Shown here: positions 31,540 to 42,500 of the stretch, one piece after another | Layout of the letters: the number at the start of each line of letters is the position of its first letter | Position numbering within the stretch: position 1 is the stretch's first letter | Virus record (IMG/VR): IMGVR_UViG_3300046453_000063 | Span: 64,001-128,000 of that record | From: a virus | Direction: 5' to 3' (one strand) | Length of the DNA stretch: 64,000 bases | Notes under the pieces: model-generated | The model's input: the letters and a program-made list of their open reading frames with translations, nothing else | Databases searched by the model: none | Told to the model about the DNA's origin: nothing | Program-made: the position numbers and the translations under genes

Positions 31540-32769
31540 TTAATACAACGGTTTAATCCTAACTCTCTTCATTACAATACTCTTACCATCAACATCTCCA
31601 GCAATCAATTGTACATATCCAACTTTGCTTCCAGCCAGCACAGTAAATGTATTTGTAACACTATCTTGAGCACTAATACTAGCCAAAGTTGTCACACTTA
31701 CTCCATCGTCAGCTTTCAATGAAATTACACTTTCATCAGTATACTCAACACCATTGTCATAAAAATTAATGACATAGGATTGACTCTTACCAACCGTAAT
31801 CTCATCTTTACCAACAATATCACAAGTATAATTATGTGTGACGACATCAGTGATGTTAACTTGAATAGACGCTGTTTGACCTTTAAATGATACATCAATT
31901 ATTACAATTCCAGACCTCAGAGGGGTAACGAGACCTGTAGTTGATACTGTAGCTACATCCTCAAAATCAATTGAATAAACTAAGACAGGAGACTCTATAA
32001 TTTGATCGTTGTTTTTTGCTTGAACATTAAGTTGCAATGTCTGATCTGCGCTGATTGTCACGTTGTCACCATTCAATATAGTTAAACTATAATCAGAGAC
32101 ATTATTATAATAATCAGCAATACCAAGTTCAACATTATCCAAGTCTTTATTGATCAGGTTCTCTTCGAGGGTTAGAGTTATAATTCCGTCTATTAATCTA
32201 TTGACTCCAATAACACGCCAGGCGCGACCATCGACAATAAACCGTTTATTCTTTTCAATCTTTCTAGTGTATATAGTATCCTGAATTGTTAATTCTCTAC
32301 GCTCATTGGGGAGGATTAATACTCGACCATCTTCAATACCAAAACTAGATGTACTATTTGATTGCATGCAGAACCAAGATGATCTTATATCACCATTTTC
32401 GTCTAGCCATTTAATTGACGAATAACAGCGTAAAATAATTCCTCGATCGTATATACCGCCAAGTTGATAGTCATTTTGAATTGTAAGCCAGTATTCATTA
32501 TTCCAATAGTAGAGATATCCGACATCTACAGATTGACCAGGAATAGCCGTAACGATTTTCTGACTTTTTAATTCAGAGTCGTCGGTAATCCAAACATCAG
32601 TAGGAGTGGAGGATAGGGGAGTGGAGGGAGTGGAGACAGAGATGTTGTAGTAGGATGGATGATCAAAAAACGCACCAGTAATTTTACGCTTAGTATCAGT
32701 AATTCTAGAGTCTCTAATTGTTGATCCATAAGTAGTGTTTCTTGCATTAAATATGTCTAAATAAGACAT
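31540..32769 (-). CDS. Head closure/connector protein with Ig-like (Big_2) domain
   Basis: VGYLYYWNNEYWL N-domain; VATVSTTGLVTP Ig-like motif. Confidence 0.65.
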   Translation of the reverse strand: MSYLDIFNARNTTYGSTIRDSRITDTKRKITGAFFDHPSYYNISVSTPSTPLSSTPTDVWITDDSELKSQKIVTAIPGQSVDVGYLYYWNNEYWLTIQNDYQLGGIYDRGIILRCYSSIKWLDENGDIRSSWFCMQSNSTSSFGIEDGRVLILPNERRELTIQDTIYTRKIEKNKRFIVDGRAWRVIGVNRLIDGIITLTLEENLINKDLDNVELGIADYYNNVSDYSLTILNGDNVTISADQTLQLNVQAKNNDQIIESPVLVYSIDFEDVATVSTTGLVTPLRSGIVIIDVSFKGQTASIQVNITDVVTHNYTCDIVGKDEITVGKSQSYVINFYDNGVEYTDESVISLKADDGVSVTTLASISAQDSVTNTFTVLAGSKVGYVQLIAGDVDGKSIVMKRVRIKPLY

Positions 32770-32789
32770 TGTTCACCACCTCAAAGTGG

Positions 32790-33209
32790 TTATCTTAATT
32801 TTGTTAGGTCGCTAAAACTATAAGTGTAGTCAACAATCATCTTAGATAATTCTGATTGTCTATCTTTTCTAAGTTGGAGCAATCTTCCAAGGTGTTCAGC
32901 CTGAGAAGTAAGACGAAAATCTCCGTTACTCATTGATTGTTCGATATTCTTAATACTTATAATTTGCGAACTCAAATATTCAACAACCATCAAATTCCCC
33001 AATATTTGCATTTCATCTATAGTGAGGTCTATATTGAAAATTAGATTTTCATCGTCTCTATCGTCTAAATCCTGCAAGCATCTGCGAAATTTGGGGATTG
33101 AATTTATTAGATAAACTTTTTCAAGTTCTTCAACAACTGATAAACTGTTGAATTCCATGTCATTGATTTGACTCTGAAAAACACTATACACCTCAGTGTA
33201 GTTGGTCAT
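32790..33209 (-). CDS. Head-tail adaptor
   Basis: MTNYTEVYSVF...FNIDLT.DEMQILG; synteny. Confidence 0.6.
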   Translation of the reverse strand: MTNYTEVYSVFQSQINDMEFNSLSVVEELEKVYLINSIPKFRRCLQDLDDRDDENLIFNIDLTIDEMQILGNLMVVEYLSSQIISIKNIEQSMSNGDFRLTSQAEHLGRLLQLRKDRQSELSKMIVDYTYSFSDLTKLR

Positions 33210-33220
33210 AGTTCACCCCA

Positions 33221-33706
33221 TTATCTACGAGGGTTATCTACATCGATATCAGCGTCGAGCATATCCTCGATGATTCTAATAACTCGTGCATTATTAAGCT
33301 CTCCAGTTTGATATCTGGATCTAGCCAGAGACAAAATCATAGATGCCGTTTTAGAGTTTGCCGATTTTAAGAATCTTTCAAATTCTCCAACATCGCCATC
33401 CATTTTTTCAATGATATATTCTGGAGTAATTAGATTCTGATAATACTTTTCGAGTTTAAGATGAGGAATAACGTCTTCATCTTCTTCTGCAAAAATAATC
33501 CATTGTTCAGAAAAGAATTTAATATGAGAAGATTTCATAGAACGTAGTTCTTTAATAGCAATCTGCTGTTCATCTCCTGGCTGACCAAACAACCAGTCTT
33601 CTCCGATACGATTCTTGTAAACCAAAGATCCTCTACAGTTACTAATGATTGTTACATAGGTATCTTCTGTGAGTTTTCTTTTTCTTGCTGATGCAACCAT
33701 TTTCAT
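33221..33706 (-). CDS. Hypothetical head-region protein (YonA-like position)
   Basis: 161 aa directly after capsid gene. Confidence 0.55.
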   Translation of the reverse strand: MKMVASARKRKLTEDTYVTIISNCRGSLVYKNRIGEDWLFGQPGDEQQIAIKELRSMKSSHIKFFSEQWIIFAEEDEDVIPHLKLEKYYQNLITPEYIIEKMDGDVGEFERFLKSANSKTASMILSLARSRYQTGELNNARVIRIIEDMLDADIDVDNPRR

Positions 33707-33764
33707 GCCTCCCCAATGAGATGGAGGGGAAGAAACGAATCTTCCCCAATATTATATTTATTAA

Positions 33765-34766
33765 TTAAGACGAGAATGTATATACGCCGTACTTGGTCGA
33801 TGTAACAACACCAAAGCCATATTTCTTCTCAAACAGGTATTCCATGGACTGATCCTGATTACCATTTAGACCGTTAGTTGTTTCTTCGATAATGGCATCA
33901 CCTTCAAGAACACCCTTAACAATCTTTTCTTCGCCTTGAGGAACAACGAGCAAGTAATCTGTTCCAACAGCAAAAGTATCTGTTCCAGGAATATGAGATT
34001 GTTTAATTTCAAACATAGTAGTTCCGTCAATAACCTTATAGAATCCGAGATCATTACGGCTTTCAATAACTGAGCCGTTGTATGCAACCAGAGATGGGGC
34101 TGCTTTCTGCAATGCAGTACGGCTACCCATAACCATTGCTTTTACGCCAGTAGCTGCTTCAACATGCTGAATCAAAGTGTTGAATTGAGTCAGATCCCAA
34201 ACTCCATTATATGCATAAGGAGCAGACAGAGCAGAATAGCCAGCAGTAATTGCAGTATTAACATCTGCTGCCATTTGAGCATTCATGGAACGCTGAACTT
34301 TAGCGATCATCTTGGCAAAGTCTACTTTACCTGCAAGATACTCTTCGAATTCAGCATAAATCTTTACACCCTTGTATTCTGTAGGAACATAGAATGCAGA
34401 ACGATCTAGTTTCTGACGGCGAATGTTGTTAGTACCAGCGGCCAATGTAGCAACGTTAAACAGGTGATAATCATCAACCATAAATGCTGGTTTGTCACCG
34501 ACTGCTACTGTCTTGTAGTCAACAAAACCCTCAAACTGATTTTCCAAACCTTCTGTAATCAGTGTGTCTAGCACATCTTCCATAACGTCAAACATTGCGC
34601 GACCATTATGCTTCATCGCACGGCGGAAGTTTTTGTGACTTCCCAAATCCAGAATTTCATTAAATGCACAACGAAGAGTATGCTCTGCTTCGTCCTTGCT
34701 AAATTGAGTCACTTTGCCCTGATAGTGATCAAGTGCAAGTTGTGCAACGGTATTTTTTGTCTTCAT
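33765..34766 (-). CDS. Major capsid protein
   Basis: 333 aa after portal/protease/decoration genes; GTNNIRRQKL...YLAGKVDF. Confidence 0.8.
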   Translation of the reverse strand: MKTKNTVAQLALDHYQGKVTQFSKDEAEHTLRCAFNEILDLGSHKNFRRAMKHNGRAMFDVMEDVLDTLITEGLENQFEGFVDYKTVAVGDKPAFMVDDYHLFNVATLAAGTNNIRRQKLDRSAFYVPTEYKGVKIYAEFEEYLAGKVDFAKMIAKVQRSMNAQMAADVNTAITAGYSALSAPYAYNGVWDLTQFNTLIQHVEAATGVKAMVMGSRTALQKAAPSLVAYNGSVIESRNDLGFYKVIDGTTMFEIKQSHIPGTDTFAVGTDYLLVVPQGEEKIVKGVLEGDAIIEETTNGLNGNQDQSMEYLFEKKYGFGVVTSTKYGVYTFSS

Positions 34767-34798
34767 ATAAACTCATATCCTCCTAAGATTGATTATTT

Positions 34799-35284
34799 TT
34801 AGTTTTTAACTACTTCGAAAGCAGTGGCAGGAAGACCATACAAAGTTGTTTTCTCAATAACTTTCGCAGAGAACTTTGTAGAGCCAATAGTGGAGCTAGG
34901 CAACAATTTAAAAGAGCCATTTTGTGGGATCAAATACTCATTAAGAACCGAAGTTCCATCAATTACATTGTCTGTGAATGTGAAAATGTCTCCAACTTCT
35001 GGAACATAAGCGCGACCTGTTTTACCAGCCTCCAGAACAAAATCAACAACTGTCTGACCAGCGAGATATGTAGTAGGAACACTTGCATGGATAACCAGAT
35101 TGCGGGTTGCCAAATCTGCCGTGGCCGGGCGTACAACCTGATATGCTTCACGTTTTCCTGTAACCAAAGCATCTGCAAAGAATACAAAACCATTTTCTAG
35201 TGGTGTGGAAGCCAACTGCACACTCTTAATATTTCCGGCCTTAGTAGCCTGGGCTTTATCAATACGAACTGCACCGTATGCCAT
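34799..35284 (-). CDS. Capsid decoration / minor head protein
   Basis: 161 aa, LENG..GRAY..VGDIFT; between scaffold and capsid. Confidence 0.6.
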   Translation of the reverse strand: MAYGAVRIDKAQATKAGNIKSVQLASTPLENGFVFFADALVTGKREAYQVVRPATADLATRNLVIHASVPTTYLAGQTVVDFVLEAGKTGRAYVPEVGDIFTFTDNVIDGTSVLNEYLIPQNGSFKLLPSSTIGSTKFSAKVIEKTTLYGLPATAFEVVKN

Positions 35285-35342
35285 AATAATTTTTTCCTCC
35301 TAAATTTTTGTAAAATAAAAAGCGCCTACTTTGTAGGAGCCT

Positions 35343-37013
35343 TTATTCATCGCTTTTTTTATATTTTTCAAACAATTCGTCATACGCTTTACCAGACGAC
35401 TTAGAATTATCAGCAGGAATTTGATAGCCAAGAGGTCTATCTTGCTTGCTGAAATTAAATTTAACCTTCTTCTTACCAGCCAGAGCAAACAACTTTTCAG
35501 TAATATCATCAATAGAAAGAGTGGAAGATATGTCTCTTACGGGTTTCATTTCATCATCAGTCAATTCAAGAGAGAACTGTTCGAATACATCATTTTCTGC
35601 TGATTGGCGTTCGCTTTGAAGTTTTTCATTCAACTGAGCTTCAAACAAGGTTGCCTTACCTTCAAGTTCAGAATAACTTTCTTGAAGTTTCGTTAATTGG
35701 CCTTGCAGCTCTTCTTTTTCAGTTTCAAACTTTGTAGAAACTTCTTTTTCTTTTGCTGTAACCATGAATTCTGATTTTGCAGAAGAAATAGTATCCGCAA
35801 TTACGTTTACTGAATACTGCATATCACCTTCTGCCAATTGCATGGGTTGATAATCGACTTTATATCTTTGTTTTGATTCAACATCAATTTCAATGGCATC
35901 ACCATTTTCTGAATATGTAAATCCGACCAAAGACCAGTCTTTATCGTCTCTTGCAATAACAACTTTTTCATCTCGTTTATCATCTACATAGTAATAGCGA
36001 GGAGATGTATAAACTTCTCCACAATAAACTTCAGTGATTGTTTCGATACAAGCCAACCATTTACGAAGCTCGCCCTCAAGCTGTTCTGATGTCAGCGAGA
36101 AACTATTTGCCGCTACTGGATCAGCAGGGTGTGGTTCAATGGGTTGAGTTTGTTCAAAAGATTCTTTAATCTTTTCTTCCAATTCTTCAATTGAAAACTC
36201 AGAATAAACAATCTCTTTTTCAACCAACTGTTCTTCTGTTAGACTGTATTTTTCCAACAGAGAAGCAATATTATCAGGCACTTTGTTACCTCCTTCTTGC
36301 GAATCTGGTGCAACATTACTTGCTAAATGTTGCCCGTTATTAATAGAGAATTGTAGCTCTTTTAACATTTCAAAGAATGATTCTTCAAATGTTGATGTGG
36401 AATATTGTTCAAGTTGCGCCATTGGAAAGCACGGAGTTACATTACTTCCTAAAGCGGCAACGGCTTCAAATATAAAGGAGTTTATTTTGTAACATCCTGA
36501 TTCCTTAGAATAACTTCCTTTAACTTCACCGATTTCCATAGACACTTTAGGTTCAATGCCTTGACTCATCCATTCCTGAATTTTTTGTGTAGCTTCATAA
36601 CGTTTCCAAAGATACACATTGTCCACAACTACATAAGTCTTCATATCTGGACTGTCTTCGGTTCCTTCATTTACCTCTTCATATGAAACATTTGCATCGG
36701 AAGAGATTACTCCAATTGGATACGTATCATTTTTGATAGTAAGATTGCCAGATTTATCTGTAGTCAAATATGGGTTGTGGCCTTCGAGATCTCCATCGGC
36801 TCCATCTTTATCCATATCATCAGTGTATTTTGCGACAACTGGGATATTAAAGATAGTCTGTTTAGCTAATTCAAAAGCTTCTTCTGAAATATCTGAATTA
36901 TTTCTGTTTTCTCCAAAAGCAAATACTTTCATTTTTACTTTTAAAAATTGGCTATCATGCTCACGAATATCTTCAAAATTTGCATTGAAAGATAAGTGTT
37001 TATCTTTTTTCAA
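35343..37013 (-). CDS. Prohead protease-scaffold fusion
   Basis: GENRNNS..IPVV..YLWKRY..VSMEI..ALG..PCF protease-like N-half; acidic coiled-coil C-half; TTG start behind GGAGGTG. Confidence 0.75.
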   Translation of the reverse strand: MKKDKHLSFNANFEDIREHDSQFLKVKMKVFAFGENRNNSDISEEAFELAKQTIFNIPVVAKYTDDMDKDGADGDLEGHNPYLTTDKSGNLTIKNDTYPIGVISSDANVSYEEVNEGTEDSPDMKTYVVVDNVYLWKRYEATQKIQEWMSQGIEPKVSMEIGEVKGSYSKESGCYKINSFIFEAVAALGSNVTPCFPMAQLEQYSTSTFEESFFEMLKELQFSINNGQHLASNVAPDSQEGGNKVPDNIASLLEKYSLTEEQLVEKEIVYSEFSIEELEEKIKESFEQTQPIEPHPADPVAANSFSLTSEQLEGELRKWLACIETITEVYCGEVYTSPRYYYVDDKRDEKVVIARDDKDWSLVGFTYSENGDAIEIDVESKQRYKVDYQPMQLAEGDMQYSVNVIADTISSAKSEFMVTAKEKEVSTKFETEKEELQGQLTKLQESYSELEGKATLFEAQLNEKLQSERQSAENDVFEQFSLELTDDEMKPVRDISSTLSIDDITEKLFALAGKKKVKFNFSKQDRPLGYQIPADNSKSSGKAYDELFEKYKKSDE

Positions 37014-37042
37014 TTTCTCACCTCCAATCAAGAATAAATTAA

Positions 37043-38554
37043 TTATTCTCTCATGCCGTCTCCATTCGAATCATTTTCAATGGTCTTTTCTTTAGAATCA
37101 GACGCACTCTTATTCTGTGGTCTCCCACCATCGGACGCAGAACCGCTTGCAGTATAGCTAGATGATAATGGAATGAATTTATTTGGCAAATCGAGAATCT
37201 CATTTTCAAGAAATGCATCCATAAACATAGCACTAGGGTCATTGCCCATTGCAGCGTTTATGAGTCTTTTTTCGGGGAATCCAAGTGAGGAGGCTTCTTT
37301 TGCTCTAGCCATAAACTCATCACGATTGAAGATACTGATTTTAGGCATCTCAACTTTAAACATTTTATCGCCAAAGAAACGGCTTAAATATATATTCAGC
37401 CATCGTTCAACTTGATAGAGTATTTTAAAAGACTTCGCCTCATCAACCATAATTGCTTTGGCAAGAGAGGCAGATGTGGTCTTATCATTACTACTAAATA
37501 GCAATTGACTTACGCCCGTATCGGACCAATATTGACTTGTGGCTTCAGCAACCTTATTTCTGTCAACAGAGTCTTTATCGAACGATATGTCCTTAACTTC
37601 CATTGGAGAAGTAATAACACCTACCTGCATAGGAACATTACTTTGAATGTTCTCATGAAAAGTCTGTGCAAAGTCAGGCGTAATTAAAAACTCATTTTCA
37701 GTTCCGCTTTTCTCATTGATGGGAATCTTTTGAAATAGTAATTTATAATTTCCCATCTCGGCTTCAGACTTATCAAGTTGTTTGAAATCATTGATATTTA
37801 AAGCAGATTCAAAAGAAGAGACGTTCGGGGGGAGGAAGTACCAGTTTGATTCGTCCGTTTTTATACAAATTACATTTTCAGACTTTAGCGGATACCAATA
37901 AGTCGAACGTTTATTCTTGATATTTGAACTATTATCTTTGTATGCATCCCTGAACTCTTGCGGGAACATAGCTAAGCGTTCGGGATATGTATAAAAATAC
38001 ACAAGATTGAAACTAATGAAATACATCCCACGTTCAAAATATGTGATCTTGCAATAATCAGGATCTAATTGTTGAAAGAAGAAGTCACTATTATCTTGAT
38101 GGACATAGCCACAATAAATACCATCTCGATAAACAGATTCCAATATCTTAGAAAACTCATGACGAATGTTCATCTTCTCAACAAAGCTAACAAATTGATA
38201 ATATTTATTCTCATATTCTTTCTTCTTAATTTTCTTTGGGTTCTGGCTGACTGGCTTGATGAGAAAATCAAGAGTAAGAATAGAAGAGAGGTAGTTGACC
38301 AACATATTGTATTGAGGAGATGCATTGTAGAGGAATTTGCTTATACGTCTGAGCTGTTTCTGATTTGCATCTAACTCAGGAGCAAGTATATATCTTCGCA
38401 GATCTTCTCTCGTAAACGTACCGATTAGTTTTTCTTGGGTACGATACGGATAAGTGGAGAGATCAATGAGTTGTAACTTTTGAAAAGTCTCAGCATAATG
38501 AGCGTGTTTTTGTTCAAGAGCTTCCTCTTTTGTTAATTGCTTTTCTTCTGGCAT
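37043..38554 (-). CDS. Portal protein
   Basis: 503 aa after terminase; LRRISKFLY..QLDPDYCKI..PLSSSYT..GGRP. Confidence 0.8.
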   Translation of the reverse strand: MPEEKQLTKEEALEQKHAHYAETFQKLQLIDLSTYPYRTQEKLIGTFTREDLRRYILAPELDANQKQLRRISKFLYNASPQYNMLVNYLSSILTLDFLIKPVSQNPKKIKKKEYENKYYQFVSFVEKMNIRHEFSKILESVYRDGIYCGYVHQDNSDFFFQQLDPDYCKITYFERGMYFISFNLVYFYTYPERLAMFPQEFRDAYKDNSSNIKNKRSTYWYPLKSENVICIKTDESNWYFLPPNVSSFESALNINDFKQLDKSEAEMGNYKLLFQKIPINEKSGTENEFLITPDFAQTFHENIQSNVPMQVGVITSPMEVKDISFDKDSVDRNKVAEATSQYWSDTGVSQLLFSSNDKTTSASLAKAIMVDEAKSFKILYQVERWLNIYLSRFFGDKMFKVEMPKISIFNRDEFMARAKEASSLGFPEKRLINAAMGNDPSAMFMDAFLENEILDLPNKFIPLSSSYTASGSASDGGRPQNKSASDSKEKTIENDSNGDGMRE

Positions 38555-38613
38555 TTAGTATTGTCACCGCCTTTATGCCGATAGTGGGTGGAGAGAGGGG
38601 GAGTGTTTTAATA

Positions 38614-40362
38614 TTAACCGTAAACATTTGGTTTTTTCATGAAGAAGAAGTCCATAGGATTATAGGTATTTTTATCTTTTAAACGATCCTCGAAGTTTTT
38701 GATGTACCAAAGACCCATTGCTAAGGCTGAATATCTATCCTTATCAACTCTTTTAGTGAGTTGTTCAATGGTGTATTTACCATTGGCATTTTGCTTGAGT
38801 TTTAGATTAGCTACTTCTTCAATTAGTAAATCTGTTTGAATAAATGGATACATCTTTTTTGCGTATTCACTATCATTTATGTCATAATTATTGTCAGAAT
38901 TTTTCATCAACAACTGCAACTTAGATGATTCAATAGCATCAATAAAATTAATAATAATATCATTGTTAATTCCCTGAGCCGTTAGTGCATACACCAGCTT
39001 TGGTGATTTTGTAATTTCTGGTTGATCATCCGTATTTATAGTATCCCAACAACCTAGGCTATCACCAGTTGCAGGATCAAAGACATCTTTTAGCAGTTCA
39101 TCTCTAAGACCAGAACCAACCCCATTTACGTCAACAACAACCATTTTTGCATTGTATAGATTTCTAATTCTTTTAACCTCTATACCTTGACCCGTAAAAT
39201 TAAGTCCATTTGGAAGATTTATTAGATTAACCAAGGATAATCTTACGATTCTTTCTTCTTTGTTTCTTTTTATTTTTATTACTGCAATAGATGACTGGTT
39301 GTTGTTTTGCGATGAACTTCTTGCTACGTCTACGCCCAAAACATACTCACTTTTTCCATCACCTTTTAATTCTGGCTGTGATAATGTTCTTAGATCAATT
39401 ACTTTATTTATATTGACTAAGGCTGAATCACTAGCGCCAACCCATTTGCTTTCATAGTTCATGGCGAAGAATGTAGGAGATAATTTAGATTTCTTTTCTA
39501 GTAATGAGGATTTTGGTTCTCCTCTACCGTAGTTAACGGCGAGTTGCCAATCAGATCCCATAACTATTTTTCCTTTTAATTCCGCCATTTCATCAATCAT
39601 CAAGATATTTCTCTCGAATTCGTCCGAACCCCTAAACCCCGATGTAGTCATGAAGTTAATTTGTCCATTAAGTTCTTCAGGATTAATCAAAGCCTCTTTG
39701 CCAATGGTTCTGCGAGGAACGTTCACGATTGGCTCCAATACGTCTTGAAATAACATGTTGTTCAATAGATTTGATTCTTCGCAGTTTAGACGTTTTCGTC
39801 TAGCTCCTTTTGAACTTTGAGCATTAGCCATAACATCTAATCGTCCACCAGATGTAAAAACTATTTCAACTTTATCTGTTGAAAATTGAGGTTTACCAGA
39901 TATCTCGTTTTGAATTAAGGGGTAGAATTTTAGAATTTCTCTAAACTTTTCATCAACTAGTTTTGCTGCATTCTCACGTGTTTGTGCCGTCATTGTTATT
40001 TCGATGTCAGGGTGGAAAATTGCAGCATGGACCATTCCCATCACTTCGAGCAAGGTCTTGCCGTAACCTCTGGGGAATACCATGTAGTTAGATATAAATC
40101 TAGCAACAGAACGAAGATATACCCTCTGGTCTAAATCAAGACGAATACCTCCCGTTGATGGGGTAATCAAATCCCACCATAAATCCGGGAAAAATCTAGC
40201 CCACGAAACAAAGTCAATATATTTGTCTAAATTCTTGGTAAAACTATCCGATTCATCTATCCCTCGTGCAGCCACAGTCGGATTAAAGTTTGGGTTTCTG
40301 GTATCATGTCTATTTTTTGTATGTTTGTTGTTATCTGACTGATGATTTGAATGAGAAGCCAT
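38614..40362 (-). CDS. Terminase large subunit
   Basis: FPRGYGKT Walker A, LNCEE Walker B, LGVDVAR, VVVDVNGVG, DKDRYSAL nuclease motifs. Confidence 0.92.
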   Translation of the reverse strand: MASHSNHQSDNNKHTKNRHDTRNPNFNPTVAARGIDESDSFTKNLDKYIDFVSWARFFPDLWWDLITPSTGGIRLDLDQRVYLRSVARFISNYMVFPRGYGKTLLEVMGMVHAAIFHPDIEITMTAQTRENAAKLVDEKFREILKFYPLIQNEISGKPQFSTDKVEIVFTSGGRLDVMANAQSSKGARRKRLNCEESNLLNNMLFQDVLEPIVNVPRRTIGKEALINPEELNGQINFMTTSGFRGSDEFERNILMIDEMAELKGKIVMGSDWQLAVNYGRGEPKSSLLEKKSKLSPTFFAMNYESKWVGASDSALVNINKVIDLRTLSQPELKGDGKSEYVLGVDVARSSSQNNNQSSIAVIKIKRNKEERIVRLSLVNLINLPNGLNFTGQGIEVKRIRNLYNAKMVVVDVNGVGSGLRDELLKDVFDPATGDSLGCWDTINTDDQPEITKSPKLVYALTAQGINNDIIINFIDAIESSKLQLLMKNSDNNYDINDSEYAKKMYPFIQTDLLIEEVANLKLKQNANGKYTIEQLTKRVDKDRYSALAMGLWYIKNFEDRLKDKNTYNPMDFFFMKKPNVYG

Positions 40363-41279
40363 TATTCATCACCATCTTCAGACAATGATTGTTCGTATTC
40401 TTTCTTTCTCACTTCATAAAACTGATATATCTCCTCGTATTCAACGAGAGGAAGTCCTTTTAGGTCTCTGATATAGTTTACATAGCACCAAAGAGTGAAG
40501 TCGGCCTTGTCTTGAGGTCTTTCTTTAAACCTTGGCAAGATGGTGACAATATCAACGGCTTGTTCAACCGATCTAACTAATTGTCCAAAGGTATCTAATC
40601 CATCTGATAGGTCTGATTTAGACAATTGTGATGGGTTAATCTTTGCAGCGGTAGCAGCATCTTTGGCAAGTGTACCCCATTCTTTAGCAGCCTTAGAATC
40701 ATTGCTTGCTGTTGCAAGCTCTTCTTTTGCTCTGTATCTTATATAAGTGAGTAGCGCCTCAGTATGCATCGCTGTTTTTTCTTGATAGTTATTCTTGAGC
40801 ATATTATATTTTCTTTCAAAAGAAATATACTCTTCCTCTGAATATCCATATCCCCATTTATCTATTAGTTCATCGGTTATAATAAATCCATCTTTTTTTT
40901 TATTGAATGTCGGAATGATATCTTCGGATATGTCTTGTTTTTTGTTCTCAAAAGAACTATCTTTCCATGTCATATTCTTATATTGCTGCATGCCGATATT
41001 CTTCATGTATTTTCCAAATATATTCTCGGGGTTTTCGTTTACCGATGTAGTATATATATCATATATGTAGGGCTTATCTATTTGTCTTAAAACTTCTTGT
41101 AATGAAACCTCTGGTTTGCGGAGATCAAACATTTCAGACAAACAAATTTTACACACTGGCACTTTCTTATCTGAATGAAGAGATGAATAACTAATATAAT
41201 AGTCTCTTAAATATTTTTCTTTTTGACACTTTAAACAAACCTTTTTATCCTGAACTTCCTTAACCTTTTTCATAGCCAT
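40362..41279 (-). CDS. Putative terminase small subunit (YonG-like, zinc finger)
   Basis: CxxC...PVCKIC N-terminus; overlaps terL start. Confidence 0.55.
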   Translation of the reverse strand: MAMKKVKEVQDKKVCLKCQKEKYLRDYYISYSSLHSDKKVPVCKICLSEMFDLRKPEVSLQEVLRQIDKPYIYDIYTTSVNENPENIFGKYMKNIGMQQYKNMTWKDSSFENKKQDISEDIIPTFNKKKDGFIITDELIDKWGYGYSEEEYISFERKYNMLKNNYQEKTAMHTEALLTYIRYRAKEELATASNDSKAAKEWGTLAKDAATAAKINPSQLSKSDLSDGLDTFGQLVRSVEQAVDIVTILPRFKERPQDKADFTLWCYVNYIRDLKGLPLVEYEEIYQFYEVRKKEYEQSLSEDGDE

Positions 41280-41300
41280 TCCTTCACCTTCTCCACATGA

Positions 41301-42176
41301 CTATTTATCGAAATTAGATTTTCTTATTGCCTTGAGTTTTCCATACTCATAAAATTCAGACATGCTAGAAGAATTTACTAACAAATTGTCAATATCAAAA
41401 CATATCCAACTTGACCCGGAATTTAGAAAATCAACAGCATATTCATATATTTCTTTTACCTTGTGTTTTGTTGGTAGATAGTCTTTTTTACTGACCACTC
41501 TTATTTCCTTCCAGCCTCTGCGATTCAAGGCATACCATCTTGCTTTTTCATACTTTTCAAAATCTTCTCTTGACTTTTCTCCTCTTTTAACATTTAAATC
41601 ATGACCGCTGCCGTCAAACTCTAAGTATATTTTTTGTTCTGGGAAAGCAACATCAAGAGATAAGGTATGTACTGGGTAATTTAATATACCACCAATAGAA
41701 CTTTGTATATATTTTTGTTGGCATGATACTGGCGCACTGCCGTTTTCAAATAAAGTTTTTCTTCTTTTTATAGCAGCGCAAGTTTGACATCTGCCACCAA
41801 TTTTAAAACTATCATAAGAAATTTCATCTATCTTTCCGCATTCACATATATACTTCATTTTACATCTTGCGTTAATATAGTCTTTTTCATCTATTAGCAA
41901 TTTACAGTTTCCGTCTAAAAATTCTTTTTCTAAGTATTCAAAAGGAAGTCGTAATTGTATTGATTGGTTTTCATATTTACACTTAATACATCTTTTGCCA
42001 CACTTGAATTTATCAAAACAAATTTCTGCTTCCCTATTACAAATACATATATATTTCATCTTTGTTTTTGCGTTTTTATATTCTGTATCTAATAACTTAC
42101 ATCCATTATCTTCAAAATACTTTTTAACATCTTCATACTGTAATCTTCTTGTACACCACGTATTGTCCTTATTCAT
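41301..42176 (-). CDS. Putative homing endonuclease, paralog of 28204-29442
   Basis: MKYICxC..RCxxC repeats; LDVAFPEQKIYLEFDGSGH...GWKEIRV. Confidence 0.75.
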   Translation of the reverse strand: MNKDNTWCTRRLQYEDVKKYFEDNGCKLLDTEYKNAKTKMKYICICNREAEICFDKFKCGKRCIKCKYENQSIQLRLPFEYLEKEFLDGNCKLLIDEKDYINARCKMKYICECGKIDEISYDSFKIGGRCQTCAAIKRRKTLFENGSAPVSCQQKYIQSSIGGILNYPVHTLSLDVAFPEQKIYLEFDGSGHDLNVKRGEKSREDFEKYEKARWYALNRRGWKEIRVVSKKDYLPTKHKVKEIYEYAVDFLNSGSSWICFDIDNLLVNSSSMSEFYEYGKLKAIRKSNFDK

Positions 42177-42500
42177 AAACCATCACATTCCTCACAATAT
42201 AATATCCTCACTTAATTTAAAAATGACATGAGAAGATGAGTGAGGTCACCATTCACTTAGATAGCTAGTCTAAGAGTCTCATGTCGTAAAAAATCACTAT
42301 TAATAACTCAAAAAACCGAATAAAACTCCCATTTCACAACACTTCAAAAAGTAAAACTTAAATGAGGATAGCGGGGGAGTGTCCACTGTTTAATGCAAAC
42401 CCTTGTAGCAGGGGCATCCTCATTTAAAAAATAAGAACAATAAAAAGGGCGATTCTAGATTAGCAATCGTCCAAGGATTTCTTCTTATTTTTACAATAAA

